From: Mobula birostris
Lineage: Eukaryota
NCBI RefSeq assembly: GCF_030028105.1
Contig: NC_092379.1
Location: 18,370,742-18,434,741 of the forward strand
DNA length: 64,000 nucleotides
Reading direction: 5' to 3'
A program made the translations under genes and the position numbers. Positions 47,060 to 60,885 of the stretch are shown here, piece by piece. The number at the start of each line of letters is the position of its first letter. The stretch's first letter is position 1. The notes under the pieces are model-generated. The model had not been told where the DNA came from. It saw nothing but the letters and a program-made list of their open reading frames with translations, and made no database searches.

Positions 47060-49320
47060 CTCAAAAAACTCTTAAGATCGGTTCAACACAATGTACCACG
47101 CACAATACATGTTGACTGTCCCTAACCAGGCCCTGACTATCCGGATGCTTATACATCCTGTTCAGTAGAATACCTTCCAATAATTTACCCACAATTAATA
47201 TCAGACTCACTGGCCCCTAGTTGCCTGGCTTGTTCTCAGAGCCTGTCTTGAACAATGGAACAGCATTCGGTATCCTCCAGTCCTCCGGCACATTGCCCGT
47301 GGTTAAGAATGTTTTAAGTAACTCTGTCACGGCTGCTGTGGTTTCTGGACTTGTCTCCCGTGAGGACCAAAGGGACACCTTGTCAAGCTCTGGGGATTTT
47401 TCCACCCTAACTTCCCTCAAGTAAACACCCCCTCATCTGTTATCTGGATACAGTCCATGGCCCCACTATTGTTTTTCCTCAGTTCTATGGAGTTTGTGTC
47501 TGTCTGCTGAGAAAGTACAGATGCAGAGAATTCATTTGAGATCTCATCCATCTTTTCCTGTTCCACACACAGATGACCATGCTGATCTTCAAGAGAAGCA
47601 ATTCTGCCCATTACTATCCTTTTGCTCTTAACATATTGATGAAATCCCCTGGGATTTTCTTTCACCTTGTCTGTCAGAGCAACATCATGTCTTCTTTTAG
47701 TTCTCCTGATTTCTGTCTTACATGTTCTTTTGCATTTCTCGTACTGAAGTGCCTCATTTGATCCTAACTCCCCATGCGTAATCTTCACCTCCTCCTTCTT
47801 CACAAGTGCCCCAATACCCTGAAAAACTAAGCTTCCCTAAATCCTTTAGCTGTGCCTTTGATCCTAGCAGGAACATACAGATCCTGGACATTCAATCTTT
47901 TACTTTTGAAGACCTCCCACTAACCAAATATCCCTTTGCAGGAGAACAACCTATCCCAGTCCATGTCTGCCTGATCTCTTCTGATGCCATCAAAATTGGC
48001 CTTCCTTCTGTTTTCAATGTCCACTCGAGGACCAATCCTGTCCTTCCCCATAATTATCCTGAAAACGATCAGTAGAGCAAAACAGTTTTCGCCTGCACAC
48101 ACGTCTGTCACCTGTCCTGTCTCGTTCCCTGAGGAGATCCACTATCCTGACCTCTGCATTTTGATTAAAGAATCTTTTAAGAACACATCTGACAAACTCT
48201 ATCACATGCATCGCATTTAGAGTAGGCACAGTGTCTGTATTCCTTCCACATCCGTCCCCACTCCATGGCAGCATATTACCTTCCTCCCGTACCCCCTTCA
48301 GGCCCTGCCCCTCCTCAGAATAACGACAAACCATGCAGATGGTAAAAACTATCATGGGGAATCTGATCAGGTTACACTGTGCTCTTTTGCTAGGGTTGCT
48401 TGAGCTGTTGGGGAGCATCTAAAATAACTTGCCAGGGAGATGGGAACTAGAGTGACAGGGCCGAGGATGGAGTAGTTGGTGTCCAACTAGATCCCGTGTG
48501 TGATGAGACTGTGAGGAAGGACAGGCAGATAGCAGGGCAAAATTGCATTCAGAATCAGGTTTATTATCACCAGCGGGTGTCGTGACATTGGTTAATTTAA
48601 CAGCAGCAATTCAATGCAATACATGATAATACAGAAAAAAATAAGCAGATCAATCAAAGTAAATATATATATAAAATAGTGCAAAACAAAAATGCTATTA
48701 AAATAGTGAGGTATTGTTCATGGGTTCAATACCAATTTTAAAATCGGTTGTCAGAGGAGAAGAAGCTGATCCTGAATCACTGAGTGTGTGCCTTCTGACT
48801 TCTGTACCTCCTTCCCAACGGTAACAGTGAGAAGTGAGATGGGTTAAAGTGAAACAGGGCAAAATCGAAAAGGGTGATGAATACAGGAGTGAAGGTGTTA
48901 TATTTGAATGCACTCACAGTTTACAGAATAAAGGCTGATGGTCTTGTAGGACAATTAGAGATTGGCAGATACACTGTTGTGGGCATCGCTGAGTCATGGC
49001 TGGAAGGTGATAATAGTTGGGAGCTTAGCATCCAAGGATACACATGGTATTGAAAGGACAGGCAGGTAGGCAGAGGGTTGGAGTGGCTCTGTCAGTAAAA
49101 AAATGAAATCAAATCCCTAGAAAGAGGTCATGTGGGACTGGAAGATAAGACCATAAGACACAGGAGCATAATTAGGCTATTTAGCCCATTGACACTTCTC
49201 TGCCATTTCATCATGGCTGATTTATTTTCCATCTCAGCCCCAATCTCCTGCCTTCTCTTCATATCCCTTCATGCCCTAATGAATCAAGAATTTATCAAAC
49301 TCTTCCTTAAGTATACCCAA
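47060..49320. mobile_element. Degraded CR1 and L2 fragments (mixed orientation)
   Basis: Minus-strand CR1 linker/RT pieces (47217-48060). Plus-strand CR1 ORF1 end and ORF2 start (48350-49140) interrupted by an L2 tail. CR1 tail at 49145-49326. Confidence 0.65.
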
Positions 49321-51129
49321 GGACTTACACATACACTCCAGGATATGGGCATGGGGAGCCTCCACAGGACCTGGCCCCAAGTCATCACCTGTTCCTGGAT
49401 CATTTCCCCAGTATCTGATTCAGTGCCATGCCCCCTCACGACCTGCTCTGCACTCCAGGTTATGGGCACAGGGAATCTCCTCCAATACGTGATCTTGGGT
49501 ACAGTCTCTAAAATCTGCTCCATATATATTTTCCCAAATGTCTGAACGTGGTGCATTTCTGAGATGTGGGGTTGGGAATCTCATTCTCTGATTCTTCTAA
49601 ATAACTGATTTTAAATTGTTTCCCTAAGATCAGTCGTACATTCCCAAGCTCTGTCGTATTCCCTTATGAATGAGGTTGAGAATTAACCACAATTTCTGGT
49701 TCTGTGGAGGGGTATTTTTCCCATTGTCTGGTCTTTCATAGTTTTCCTCAATGGCTATTCCTAGGGTATATTCTTTCAATATCTGGTCCTGTGTCTACCT
49801 CCAATGTCCGTCCCTTGGACTTACTCTGCTCAAATTAGGTGCTGGCTGTTGTATTCTATTCCCTTCTTGGTTTGTATTAATCTAGTACCTGTTTATGTTT
49901 TCTACTCCCGGTGTGTTTTCCTCAGTATCTGTTGTATTTTCCTGCATTGGCATATTTTCTCAAAATGTTCTCATGAAAACTGTAATGGTCGATCTCCAGT
50001 TCTGAGTCACCTGTACTTGTACCAACAGCTCCACACTCTCTGATGGGGGATGCTGCAGGATGCACAGAGTTTCCTTCAGCTAAACACCGAGCAGGCCAAA
50101 AGCTTTGGTCCCTGCAGTGAGTTCTGTTCCAGAGCACTGATGCTGTTGTCCCTTTTCACTGACCTGAGAACAAAAATTCTGGCTGGTGTTGCTGTTCACG
50201 GTAGCAGACTCCCCATTAGCACTTATTGTGGGGTCCTTGTGTTTCAATAATGATTCGTCTCGTAGTGTCACTCAGCCAAGACATTGATGTTCTGTTGGAA
50301 TTCCTATGGATAAACACTTGTTTCTGTCTCTGCATGAGATTCACTCGTTCTTCCGCTCCTGATTCAGTCGTCTGTCAGTGCATACTGTGTCAGTAGGACC
50401 CGAACATAAGTGGACCCAGCAGAGGTTCAACAGCAGCTTGGACATCGGTCGGTCAGAGACAAGGGTGCCTGCTATTCTCATTGATTGTCCAGAGGCTATG
50501 TTCCAAGTTTCTCACTGCAATGTTCTGAGTTTCTCTAGTGTATGTTCTGAGCTTCTCTGGTCTATGTTCAAGGTCTCCCATGGCCCTTCAGGTTTCCGAG
50601 GACTATTCCAGGTTTCTGAGTTTGATTCCATATTCCTGAGTTTACCAGCCCTGTCTCGGGTTCTCCACAGCTCCCTGGCTGCCTTCGGGATGGAGGTACT
50701 GTCATGTCCCCTGTGGGCCTGTGCAACATATTTGTTAATTGCGAAGTTCTTGTGCATTCTGTTTAGTCTTGTCAAGTGTATTTTGACTGGCACTGATTTT
50801 CCTCATACTGTGATTATTTAAAGCAGACTCCCAATTACTGGTTATCATGGGATCCTTGTGCTTCAAGAATGATTTATCTCACTGTGTTGCTTAGTCAAAT
50901 CACTGATGTTCTGTTGGGATTCCTAGGAATAAACTCTTATTTCTGTCTTTGCATGGGGTTCAGTCAGTCATCTGCACTGGGTTCAGTCATCTGTCAGTGC
51001 ACCCTCGTAACTCCTCTGTTAACTTCCTTCCATAGATATTGGGTTTACTGTGTCCATAGTTCCCAACATTTTATTTGTAGCCCTTCTCAAGTAAAGGAAC
51101 AGATCACAGATCTCCCAGAACGTATCTGA

Positions 51130-51420
51130 AATGTCGACAGAACTGAATTCTTGCTCCAAGTGCAAGGTTTCAGCAATGCATTAATCTACAACGTCCTCCA
51201 ATTTTTAACCTCACCAGCACATGGCATTGGGAATAATCCAGAGATTACCACTGTTGGGGTCTTACATTTTAACCTCTTTTCTAACTCCCTATATTCACTC
51301 CACAGCAGCACATCCATTTTTCTGCCAATCGTCATTTGAGCCAATGTGTGCAACCACTTCTGTCTGCTCACCCTCCCCACTGAGAATGTTCTGCAATCGC
51401 TCTGAGACATCCTCATCTGA
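51130..51420 (-). mobile_element. CR1 ORF1 (SGNH esterase) fragment
   Basis: DVSERLQNILSGEGEQTEVVAHIGSND...EYRELEKRLK...VVISGLFP across a frameshift. Confidence 0.75.
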
Positions 51421-51859
51421 ATAATACTCTATTTGTAATTCCTCATCTCACCCACCCAGCTGATCAAGATCCCACTGTAATTGTTGCTAACCTTCTTCTC
51501 TCCCCACGATAGCATCTGTTTTAGTGTCACTTGTCATCTAATACTCAGGAATATGGGAAAAATTCCCATCAGTGAGAGGACTCCTTCATCCAGGTATCAG
51601 CAGTCATTTGGACCAGAATAACATTCAAAGGAACAATTCTCAGTCCGTCTCCAGGGAAATGCTCCCTAATTCAGTGTTGTGTGAAAACATACTTGGATCA
51701 GATTTTGGAGACACATAGTGGGGGAAATAACACAGGGTGCAGAGCAGGAAGTGAAGAGCATGGCCCGGATTTGGATATTGGTCCAGTACCTGGCCTTAGA
51801 GGTGGCAGAGACTCCTTCCTTTCTCCTTCTTCTCCCTCTTACTCTACGATCTCCATGTG

Positions 51860-52930
51860 ATGTATTTGCATGGATAGAGAATTGGTTAATTAGTAGAAAA
51901 CAGAGTCGGGATACATGGATGTTACTCTGGTTGGCAATCAGTAGTGAGCGATGTGCCACAGGGGTCGGTGCTGGGCCTGCAACTGTTCACGATATACATT
52001 AACGATCTGGAAGAGGGGACAGAGTGTAGTGTATCTAAGTTTGCTGATGACACTAAATTGAGTGGAAAAGCAAATTGTGCAGAAGTTACAGAGTCTGCAG
52101 AGAGATATAGATAGGTTAAGTGAGTGGGCCAGAGTCTGGCAGATGGAGTACAATGTTGGTAAATGTGAGGTCATCCACTTTGGAAGGAAAAATGAAAGAG
52201 CAGATTATTACTTAAGTGGTGAAAATTGCATCATGCTGCTGTGCAGAGGGACTTGGAAGTGCTTGTGTGTGAATCACAAAAGGTTGGTTTGCAGGTGCAG
52301 CAGGCTATCAAGAAGGCAAATGGATTGTTGGTCTTCATTGCTAGAGGGATTGAATTTAAGAACAGGGAGGTTATGCTGCAACTATACAGGGCACTGGTGA
52401 GGCCGCACCTGGAGTACTGTGTGCAGTTCTTGTCTCCTTACTTGAGGAAGGATATACTGGCTTTGGAGGTGGTGCAGAGGAGGTTCACCAGGTTAATTCC
52501 ACTGTTGAGGAGAGATTGAGTTGCCAGGGACTGTACTCACTGGAATTCATAAGAATGACAGGAGATGCTATAGAAACATTTAAAATTATGAAAGGGATAG
52601 GCAGAGGCAGGAAAGTTGTTTCCACTGGTGGGTGAGACTAGAACGAGGGGACGTAGCCTCTAGATTCAGGGGAGTAGATTTAGGACGGAGATGAGGAGGA
52701 ACTGTTTTTCCCAGAGAGTGGTGAATCCGTGGAATTCTCTGCCCAATGAAGCAGTGGAGGCTACCTCAGTAAATATATTTAACACAAGGTTGGATAGGTG
52801 TTTGCATAGTAGGGGAATTAAGGGTTCCAGGGAAAAGGCAGGTAGGTGGTGGTGAGTCCATGGCCAGATCAGCCATGATCTTATCAAATGGTGGAGCAGG
52901 CTCGATGGGCTGGATGGCCGACTCCTGCTC
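51860..52930 (+). mobile_element. CR1 LINE 3' portion
   Basis: SKFADDTKL, RALVRPHLEYCVQF and RVVNPWNSLP motifs with a CR1 tail. Confidence 0.88.
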
Positions 52931-53139
52931 CTATTTCTTGTGTTCTTATCTCTCCCTCCTTGACCTTCCTCGCTTCTCTCTTTCTCTCTATCTGTCCACC
53001 CCCCTCTCTTTCTGCCTTCTCTAAGCTCATTTCAGACCTTCAAATCTCCAATTTGCTCCCTTATTTCTCTCTCCTACCCCACAGAACACGGGGTCAGAAG
53101 CTGGCTCTGACAAGCTGCCTGCACTTTGTACAATCAGAC

Positions 53140-53269
53140 NNNNNNNNNNNNNNNNNNNNNNNNNNNNNNNNNNNNNNNNNNNNNNNNNNNNNNNNNNNNN
53201 NNNNNNNNNNNNNNNNNNNNNNNNNNNNNNNNNNNNNNNNNNNNNNNNNNNNNNNNNNNNNNNNNNNNN
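53140..53269. other. Assembly gap (130 N)
   Basis: Run of N. Confidence 1.
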
Positions 53270-54289
53270 AGAAAATAAAAAGAATATTGTGAGCAGTGAA
53301 GAGTATAAAATATACCGGAGGACTGGCAGCACGTGCTCACTGAGGGAAAGAAGGAGGGAGCAAGCCAGTGTCGAGAGCTGACATTCCCAGAGGGGAGCAG
53401 AGGCCAGTGGCAGGGTAAGGTCCTCAGTTGTTGCACATCCTTGATTTGTAGTTGGCTGAAATGCAAGAGTGAGAGTTAGTTTGGCTGCTGAGCAACAGGT
53501 ATTGTTTATTGGCACAAAGGAAGTTGCCATGGTGGGGTGGAGGGAGGGGGAGTGGGGTGGGGGGGGCGGAGAGGAGAGGGGGAGAAGCTGCATTGACAAA
53601 CTGGAAAGAAGGAATAAAGCTACTGAAGGAGGAATGGTGTTAAAATGTCAAGGGCAGAGGAATCAAATGAAAGTTGTGTGTACAAGCTGGGGAAAGAGGT
53701 TTCACGAGGGGGTAGATTGAATGAATGTGTTGGAGAATGGCAGAGTGTGTGAGTGAGATGGGTACTGTGGCTGGAAATAAACACTGGACTGTCATTGTTG
53801 ATCTCTCTGTAATATGAAGCAGTATGGGCACATACAGACACAGTTTATGTTACTGAGAGTTTAATTGAGAAGCTGGGTTCGTGACATAGATACGTGAGTT
53901 CAGATCACATCACGGCAGCAGGGATGTGTAACTGAAGTCCTGTGTCAGTGACCGTGACTTAGAGAAATGGATTGGTGTCTAAATGCATGACTGACGTGTT
54001 TCAGGGAAGGGAATCTGCTGACTTTACCTGGTCTGGCCTGTATATGTCTCCAGGCCCTCAGTAAAGTAACTGACCTTTAACTGCACTGTGAAATGGCCCA
54101 GTAAACCACCCAGTTCAAGAGCAGTTGGGATGGTAAAGAAATGTTGTTCTACTCACATCCTGTGAATGAATAACTAAAAGTTATCTACAGTTATGTTGTA
54201 TCATGACCGATCTATCATTGTTTTGTTTTTAGATCTATCTACATGATTGGGATTGATTTTTAATTACTTCGCAATGTAATTAATTCATT

Positions 54290-55140
54290 ATTAAGAATAT
54301 TTGCCCTTCCCTTGGACAACATTGGTGTCGTGGAGAGGGGGGACTTGCAGCATGGGCAACTGCTGGTCTTCCATACAACCTTGCCCAGGCCTGCACCCTG
54401 GAGAATGAAGACTTTCCAGGCGCAGGTCCATGGTCTCGCAAGACTAACGGATGCCTTTACCTTAATAATATTTAGAAGGGGGAGGAGAAGACGGCAGTGC
54501 GACGCAGCGCGCGCGGCCGCTACAGAATGATATCTGTATTTGTTAAGTAGGGTACCATGCACAATTCTGATTTGATGGAGGCAGACGTGAGCAGCATGGA
54601 GAAACATCTGGAGAAACTTCTGAAATGCCTGCTTCGCTGCCGCTGCTACTGTGCGATTGAGAATCTCCGGAGGGGAAGGCCCCAAATCCTCGGCTTTGCC
54701 TGTTGCTTGGCGGCCGGGGCCGGGGTCGAAGCACTCGGCAGAGATGGTGCTTGGTGCTCGGTGTTGGAGGCTCGAAGTTTTCGGACGGACCCAAGAGTCG
54801 GCTGTGGTCAGGTGCTTCCAGGGTGCTGCATCGGCAAGTTTGCGGCGCTGGAGGTTCATGGCAGGGAGAGTTTTTCTTCCTTCTACTGTCTGCGTGAGAT
54901 GATGGGACTTTTGAGAGACTTTGAGACTTTTTTTTACCGTGCCCATAGTCTGTTCTTTATCAAATTGCGGTATTGCCTTGCACTGTTGTAACTATATGTT
55001 ATAATTATGTGGTTTCTGTCAGTTTTTCAGTCTTGGTCTGTCTTGTGTTTCTGTGATATCATACTGGAGGAACATTGTATCATTTCTTAATGCATGCATT
55101 ACTAAATGATAATAAAAGAGGACTGCGTGTCCTCATAATC
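54290..55140. mobile_element. LINE 3'-end fragment plus non-coding interspersed repeat
   Basis: CpG-rich start (GCAGCGCGCGCGGCCGC) and a long T-rich 3' part ending AATAAAAGAGG. Overlapping ORFs on both strands have no recognisable domain. Confidence 0.45.
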
Positions 55141-58100
55141 ATATTTCATGCCTGATTACTCTTTATTATTTTAGATTGTTATATCATGATAATGTAGTGA
55201 ATTGTTTCCATGGAAATTCCATGGATAAGTTGTTTCTTTTTATAAAACTGTGTGTGGTAGAATTCCCTCAGAGACGGCACTGGGAATGACTCTGCCAAAA
55301 TTCTATTGGTCAGACTTGCCATTACATGTGACAGGTAATCTCCATAGAATCTGGTCACAGTTATCACCGGTTCCTGCAATTACATCCCCCAGTACCTGAG
55401 TCAGTGCCATGTCCCTCACAACCTGCTCTACATTCCAGATTATGGGTGCAGGAGTTTCTTCCACTATGTGATTTTGGTTCCAGTCTCCAAACACAGTTCC
55501 ATATATATTTTCCAAATTGACTGAAGGTGGAGCATTCCCTGAGAATCTAATCCTCAAATCCTTACAAATAAGAGAATTTCTTGTATAAATTGTTTCTCAT
55601 ACATGGGAATCACAACCTTCCCGAAGATCAATTGTGCATTCCCAAGCTCTGTTGTATTCCCTCAGGAACAATGTTGAGAATTAACCACAATTTCTGGTCC
55701 TGAGAAGGGGTATTGTCTGGTCTTTCATAGTTTTCCCCAATGTCTCTTTCCATATAACCATATAACAATTAAAGCACGGAAACAGTCTATCTCGGCCCTT
55801 CTAGTCCATGCCGAATTCTTACTCTCACCTAGTCCCACTGACCTGCACTCAGTCCATAACCCTCCATTCCTTTCCTGTCCAATTTAACTTTAAACGACGA
55901 CTTCGTACCTGCCTCAACCACTTCTGCTGGAAGCTCATTCCACACAGCTACCACTCTCTGAGTAGAGAAGTTCCCCCTCATGTTATCCCTAAACTTTTGT
56001 CCTTTAACTCTCAACTCATGTCCTCTTGTTTGAATCTTCCCCTCTCTCAATGGAAAAAGCCTATCCACGTCAACTCTATCAATCCCCCTCATAATTTTAA
56101 ACACTTCTATCAAGTCCCCCCTCAACCTTCTACGCTCCAAAGAATAAACCTAACTTGTTCAACCTTTCTCTGTAACTTAGGAGATGAAACCCAGGCAACG
56201 TTTTAGTAAACCTCCTCTGTACTCTCTCAATTTTATTGACATCTTTCCTATAATTTGGTGACCAGAACTGTACACAGTACTCCAAATTTGGCCTTACCAA
56301 TGCCTTACACAATTTCAACATTACATCCCAACTCCTATCCTCAATGCTCTGATTAATAAAGGCCAGCAAACCGAAAGCTTTCTTCACCACCCTATCCACG
56401 AGATTCCATTGTAATGGAATTGCACATCAAGCATTTTTATGATTTATAATGGACATAAATAATCATCACAAACATCAGTAACAACTGCTTACAAATGGCT
56501 TAAGTTCCAATAGCCAGGACTCAGCTTTCACAGGTGCTGAACTCAATCAAATTAATATATTAAAGGACCACTTTTGATGGCTTCATTCAGTGGCCACTTT
56601 ATTAGGTACACTTGCTCTTTTCTGTAAATATCAAATCAGCCAATCATGTGGCATCAACTCAATGCATAAAAGCATTCAGACATGTTTGTTGTTCAGACCA
56701 AACATCAGAATGATGAAGAAGTGTGATCCAAGTGAGTTTGACTGTAGAAAGGTTATTGAGGCCAGATGGGGTGGTTTGAATATCTCAGAAACTGCTGGCC
56801 TACTGGGATTTTCACACACAACAGTCTCTAGAGTTCATGGAGAATGGAGCAAAAAACAAAAAAAAAATCAATGGACGTCAGTTTTGTGGGTGAAAATGCC
56901 CTGTTAACGAGAGAGGTCAGAGGCTGATGGCCAATATATACCCATTTCAGGGGTATATTCCTTCAATATCTGGTCCTGTGTGCATTCTTCCAATGTCTGT
57001 CCCTTGGAGTTACTCTGCTCAAATCAGGTGCTGTTGTCCATCAATGTATTCTATTCAATTCTTGATTTGCATTAATCTAGTACCTGTTTATGTTTTCTAC
57101 TCCTGGTGTGTTTTACCCCAGTATCTGGCATGTTTTCCTGCACTGGTATATTTTCTTAAAAATGCTTTCTCTTGCTGACATCACATTAAAACATGTACAT
57201 GGTCGATATCCAGTTCTGTGTCACCTGTACTTGTACCAACAGCTCCACACTCTCTGATGGGGGATGCTGCAGGATGCACAAAGTTTCCTTCAGCTAAACA
57301 CCGAGCAGGCCAAAAGCTTTGGTCCCCACAGTGAGTTCTGTTCCAGGGCACTGATGCTGTTCAGTCGATTTTCAGTGACCTGAGAACAAAAATTCAGACT
57401 GACTTGGCTGTTCACTGTAGTACAGAGGGACAGAGGTGCTGCCTTTCAGCTGAGACATTGAAGGGAGGTTGTGTGTGCAATGGTGAAGCTCCTGTACCCA
57501 CGGTTTTATAGGACATGGAGTGTGGAGATTAGGATAATGTGTTGAAATATGGATTGAGACACTCATTATGAAACATTCCATCAACATCTTGCTCTGGGAT
57601 GTGTAATGGGGTTCTGATAAACTCCTCCAATGAGCCTCTGTGCTTTCCTGAATATCTTTCTCGGGGTGCAGCACCCCAGTGTTCCCACTGTGAGAAATCC
57701 TTTATGAACATGAGCAGTACGTGTGGGGCTACACTCATATAGTACAGGCTGGGAATCTCTCCGATATTTGTCCCGGGATGCATTACCCACTCGTATGTGG
57801 AGGCAGATGGAATCTCTGCAGTGATGAGGGAACTAAGATGGGCTGAATGGCTTCCCTCAGTTTTATCAACTCCAGTCACTTCATGTTCTCCTTTTCTTTG
57901 TTTTTAATGAATAAAATTTCAAATCATGACATGACATAAACTCCAGCAGAAAACTGGAAGAAAAGTTATAGGCAATGATTTCCACAACATCTGATTTACA
58001 AAATTTGACAGAGCAAGATCCCAAACCCACTTTCCACCACATCCCCCTCCCCACGTCACCTTCTTGCTCCATAACAATAATAACCACTTCCTCACCTCCC

Positions 58101-58302
58101 CACTCTCCATCACAAACTACACCTCCATCCCCTGCTCCCCATTCCCATGCCTTAATCCTGCCTTCCTCTCCCCTCCTGTATACCCCCTCCAGTGTCACAT
58201 ATCCTGCCATTTTCCCAATGTATCATCCACTGCTGTCCCTCTGCCCACTGAACCGGCTCTGTGCCCCCATTTCCCATCTGGTATCCCCGGTACATTTAGA
58301 GG

Positions 58303-58445
58303 TTTATTTCCTGAAATGAGCAGTTGCAGTGCAGTAGCCTCAGATTGCCGAGTGAGTGAGATGGAGACTCCATTTCCAAACATCGCAGCCACAGGGGGAT
58401 TTCTTCATTGAACGTGGGGCGTGTGTCTGCTGGTCACTGCTGAGC
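58303..58445 (-). CDS. Candidate TM2/terminal exon of the Ig-like gene (AQQ*, 3' UTR, AATAAA)
   Basis: Acceptor ctcctgtctatatttcag|GCT CAG CAG TGA (58445-58434) fits the phase-0 donor of TM1. AATAAA on the minus strand at 58308-58303. Confidence 0.5.
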
Positions 58446-58639
58446 CTGAAATATAGACAGGAGAGTATGATATAGTACGTGACAAGGTGCAGCACAGAGG
58501 TTAACCTGTGAGAACAGGTGAACTAAATAACAGACGGTCTGTCCTCATTCGAGGAGATGAAGCCCCATGAAGAGGTGTCTGTCAGTATTCCCCGAGGTCA
58601 CCCCAAAACACGAATCTGAGTATCAGTTCAGACCTTTAG

Positions 58640-60600
58640 TGTGATCCATAGTTGGGCTAAAGTTTTATGTCCTGAGTAAGACCATAAGATAAGATATAGG
58701 AGCAGAACCGCCCCCATCTTTAATTATCGACTGCAACATTTTATTGCCAACCACCGAGGTCAGGCTAACTGGGCTAGAATTTCCTTTTGTCTGCCTCTCT
58801 CCCTTCTTGAAGAATGGCGTGACAATTACAATTTTCCAGTCCTTCAGAACTGTACCAGAATCTAGTGATTCTTGAAAGATCATTACTAACGCCTTCATAA
58901 TCTCTTCAGCCACCTCTTTCAGAATCCTGGAGTGTAGACCATCTGATCCAGGTGACTTATCTACCTTCAGACCTTTCAGTTTCCAAAGCACCTTTTCCCT
59001 GGTAATAACATCTTCACTCACTTCTTCCCCCTGACACTCTTGAACTTCCGTCATACTGCCAGTGCCTTCCCCAGTGTAGTCTGATGCAAAGTGCTTATTC
59101 ATTTCCTTGTCCCTCATTACTACCTCTCCAGCATCATTTTCCAGCACTCCAAAATCTCCTCTCACCTCTCTTTTACACTTTATGTATCTGAAGAAACTTT
59201 TGGTATCCTCTTTAATATTATTGGCTATCTTACCTTTGTATTCCTTCTTTTTCTTTCTGACTTTATTTAGTTGTCTTCTGTTGTTTTTTAAAAGCTTCCC
59301 AATTCTCTAACTTCCCACTAATTTTTGCTCTATTATATGCCCGTTGTTTGGCTTTTATGTTGGCTTTCACTTCTCTTGTCAGCCACGGTGTCTCATCCTG
59401 CATTTTGAATACTTCTTCTTCTTTGGGATGTGCCTTCTGAATTACTCCCAGAAACTCCAGCCATTGCTGCTCTGCTGTTATCCCTGCCAGTGTCCCCTTC
59501 CAATCAATTTTGGGCAATTCCTCTCTCATGCCTCTGCATTTCCCTTTATTCCACTGTAATACTGATACATCTGACTCTAGCTTCTCCTTCTCCATTTGCA
59601 GAGTGAGTTATATCATATTATGATCACTGGACCCTAAGGGTTCCTTTAGCTTAAGCTCCGTAATCAATTCCAGTTCATTGCACAACACCCAATCCAGAAT
59701 AGCTAATCCCCTGATGTGCTCGACCATGACCTGCTTTAAAAAGCCATCTTGTAGGCATTGTACGAATTTCCACTCTTGAGATCCAGCACCAACTTGATAT
59801 TCCCAATCTACCTGCATATTGAGATTCTCCCATGACTATTGTAACATTGCCCTTTTGACATGCATTTTCTATCTCCTGTTGTAATTAGTAGACCAAGTAT
59901 TTGCCACTGTTCATTATAGGGTCTTTTTACCCTTGCAATTCCTTAATTCTACCCACAATGATTCTACACCTTCCGATCCTATGTCATCTCTTTCTATTGA
60001 TTTGATTTCATTTTTTACCAACAGAGCTAATCCACCCCCTCTACCTACCTGCCTGTCCTTTTGATGCAATGGGCATCCTTGGACGTTAAGCTCCCAGCTG
60101 TAATCTTCTTTCAGCCGTGATTCAGTGATGCCACAACATCATGCATTCCAATCTGTAGCTGTGCCACAAGTCCATCCACATTATTCCATATACTGTGTGC
60201 ATTGAAATGTTACACCTTCACTTTTGTATTCATCACCCTCTCCTATTTTGTCCTCCTTTTACATTGCAACTCATCCTGTTGACTGCATTTTAGTCCAATC
60301 ATCAGTCTCTGCTTGCTAGCAACCTCGCTACATACTGCCTTTGTTAGTAAACCAATGACTAGATCCTCTGCCCTATCACTCCATTTCCTATCCCCCTGTC
60401 AAATTAGTTTAAATGCACTCGAACGGCTCTAGCAAACCTGCCCACTTGATATTTGTCCCCCTAAGGTTCAGGTGTTATCTGTCCCTTTTATACAGGTCAC
60501 ACCTTCCCCAGAGGTGATCACAGTGATTCAGAAATCTGCCTCTGCCCCCTACACCAGTTCCTCAGCCACACATTCATCTGCCAAATCATCCTCTTCTGAC
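58640..60600 (-). mobile_element. CR1 LINE fragments (ORF1 end, endonuclease, linker) in the TM1-TM2 intron
   Basis: LGSSDHNMI, ETPWLTREVK and GLHSRILKEVA motifs. Confidence 0.8.
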
Positions 60601-60885
60601 CCTTACCCTGCTGTTCTCTCAATACAACTCTTGCTTGATTTCCTTGTTTAAGTTCACAATTGTTGCTCTAAATACCCTTTCACATTCTGCCACCTTCTGC
60701 TTATCAAGGCCCAGAGGCTCGGAGTAAAGAGGAAAGGTGTAAAGTCCCAGGGGTTGTGAAGGCCTCAGACTGCGTTGTCTGTTGATTGTGCTGTCGTTGG
60801 GATTGCAGTGTCAGAGAATGCAATGTGAGATAAGGAAGCTGAAAGTTTGTGTTTCATGGGATGTCTCTGTTAGTCAATTAGTTAC

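Larger units (their letters stand above)
49335..57425. repeat. Diverged duplication of non-TE sequence (A 49360-50205; B 55350-55740 + 56945-57425, split by a CR1 and a Tc1-type MITE)
   Basis: Long shared blocks, e.g. GCTCCACACTCTCTGATGGGGGATGCTGCAGGATGCAC, CAGCTAAACACCGAGCAGGCCAAAAGCTTTGGTCCC and GACCTGAGAACAAAAATT. Confidence 0.85.

Noticed and set aside
49323-49329. Strong GTAAGT donor ending the putative decayed exon
   Set aside because: Part of the hexamer appears to come from the adjacent CR1 tail (CCCAAGGACTT), so it is probably a junction artefact.
53270-53600. Hydrophobic minus-strand stretch (LSTLACSLLLSL...YSSLLTIFF) as a third TM exon
   Set aside because: No CART spacing, no matching splice phases, and it runs into the assembly gap.
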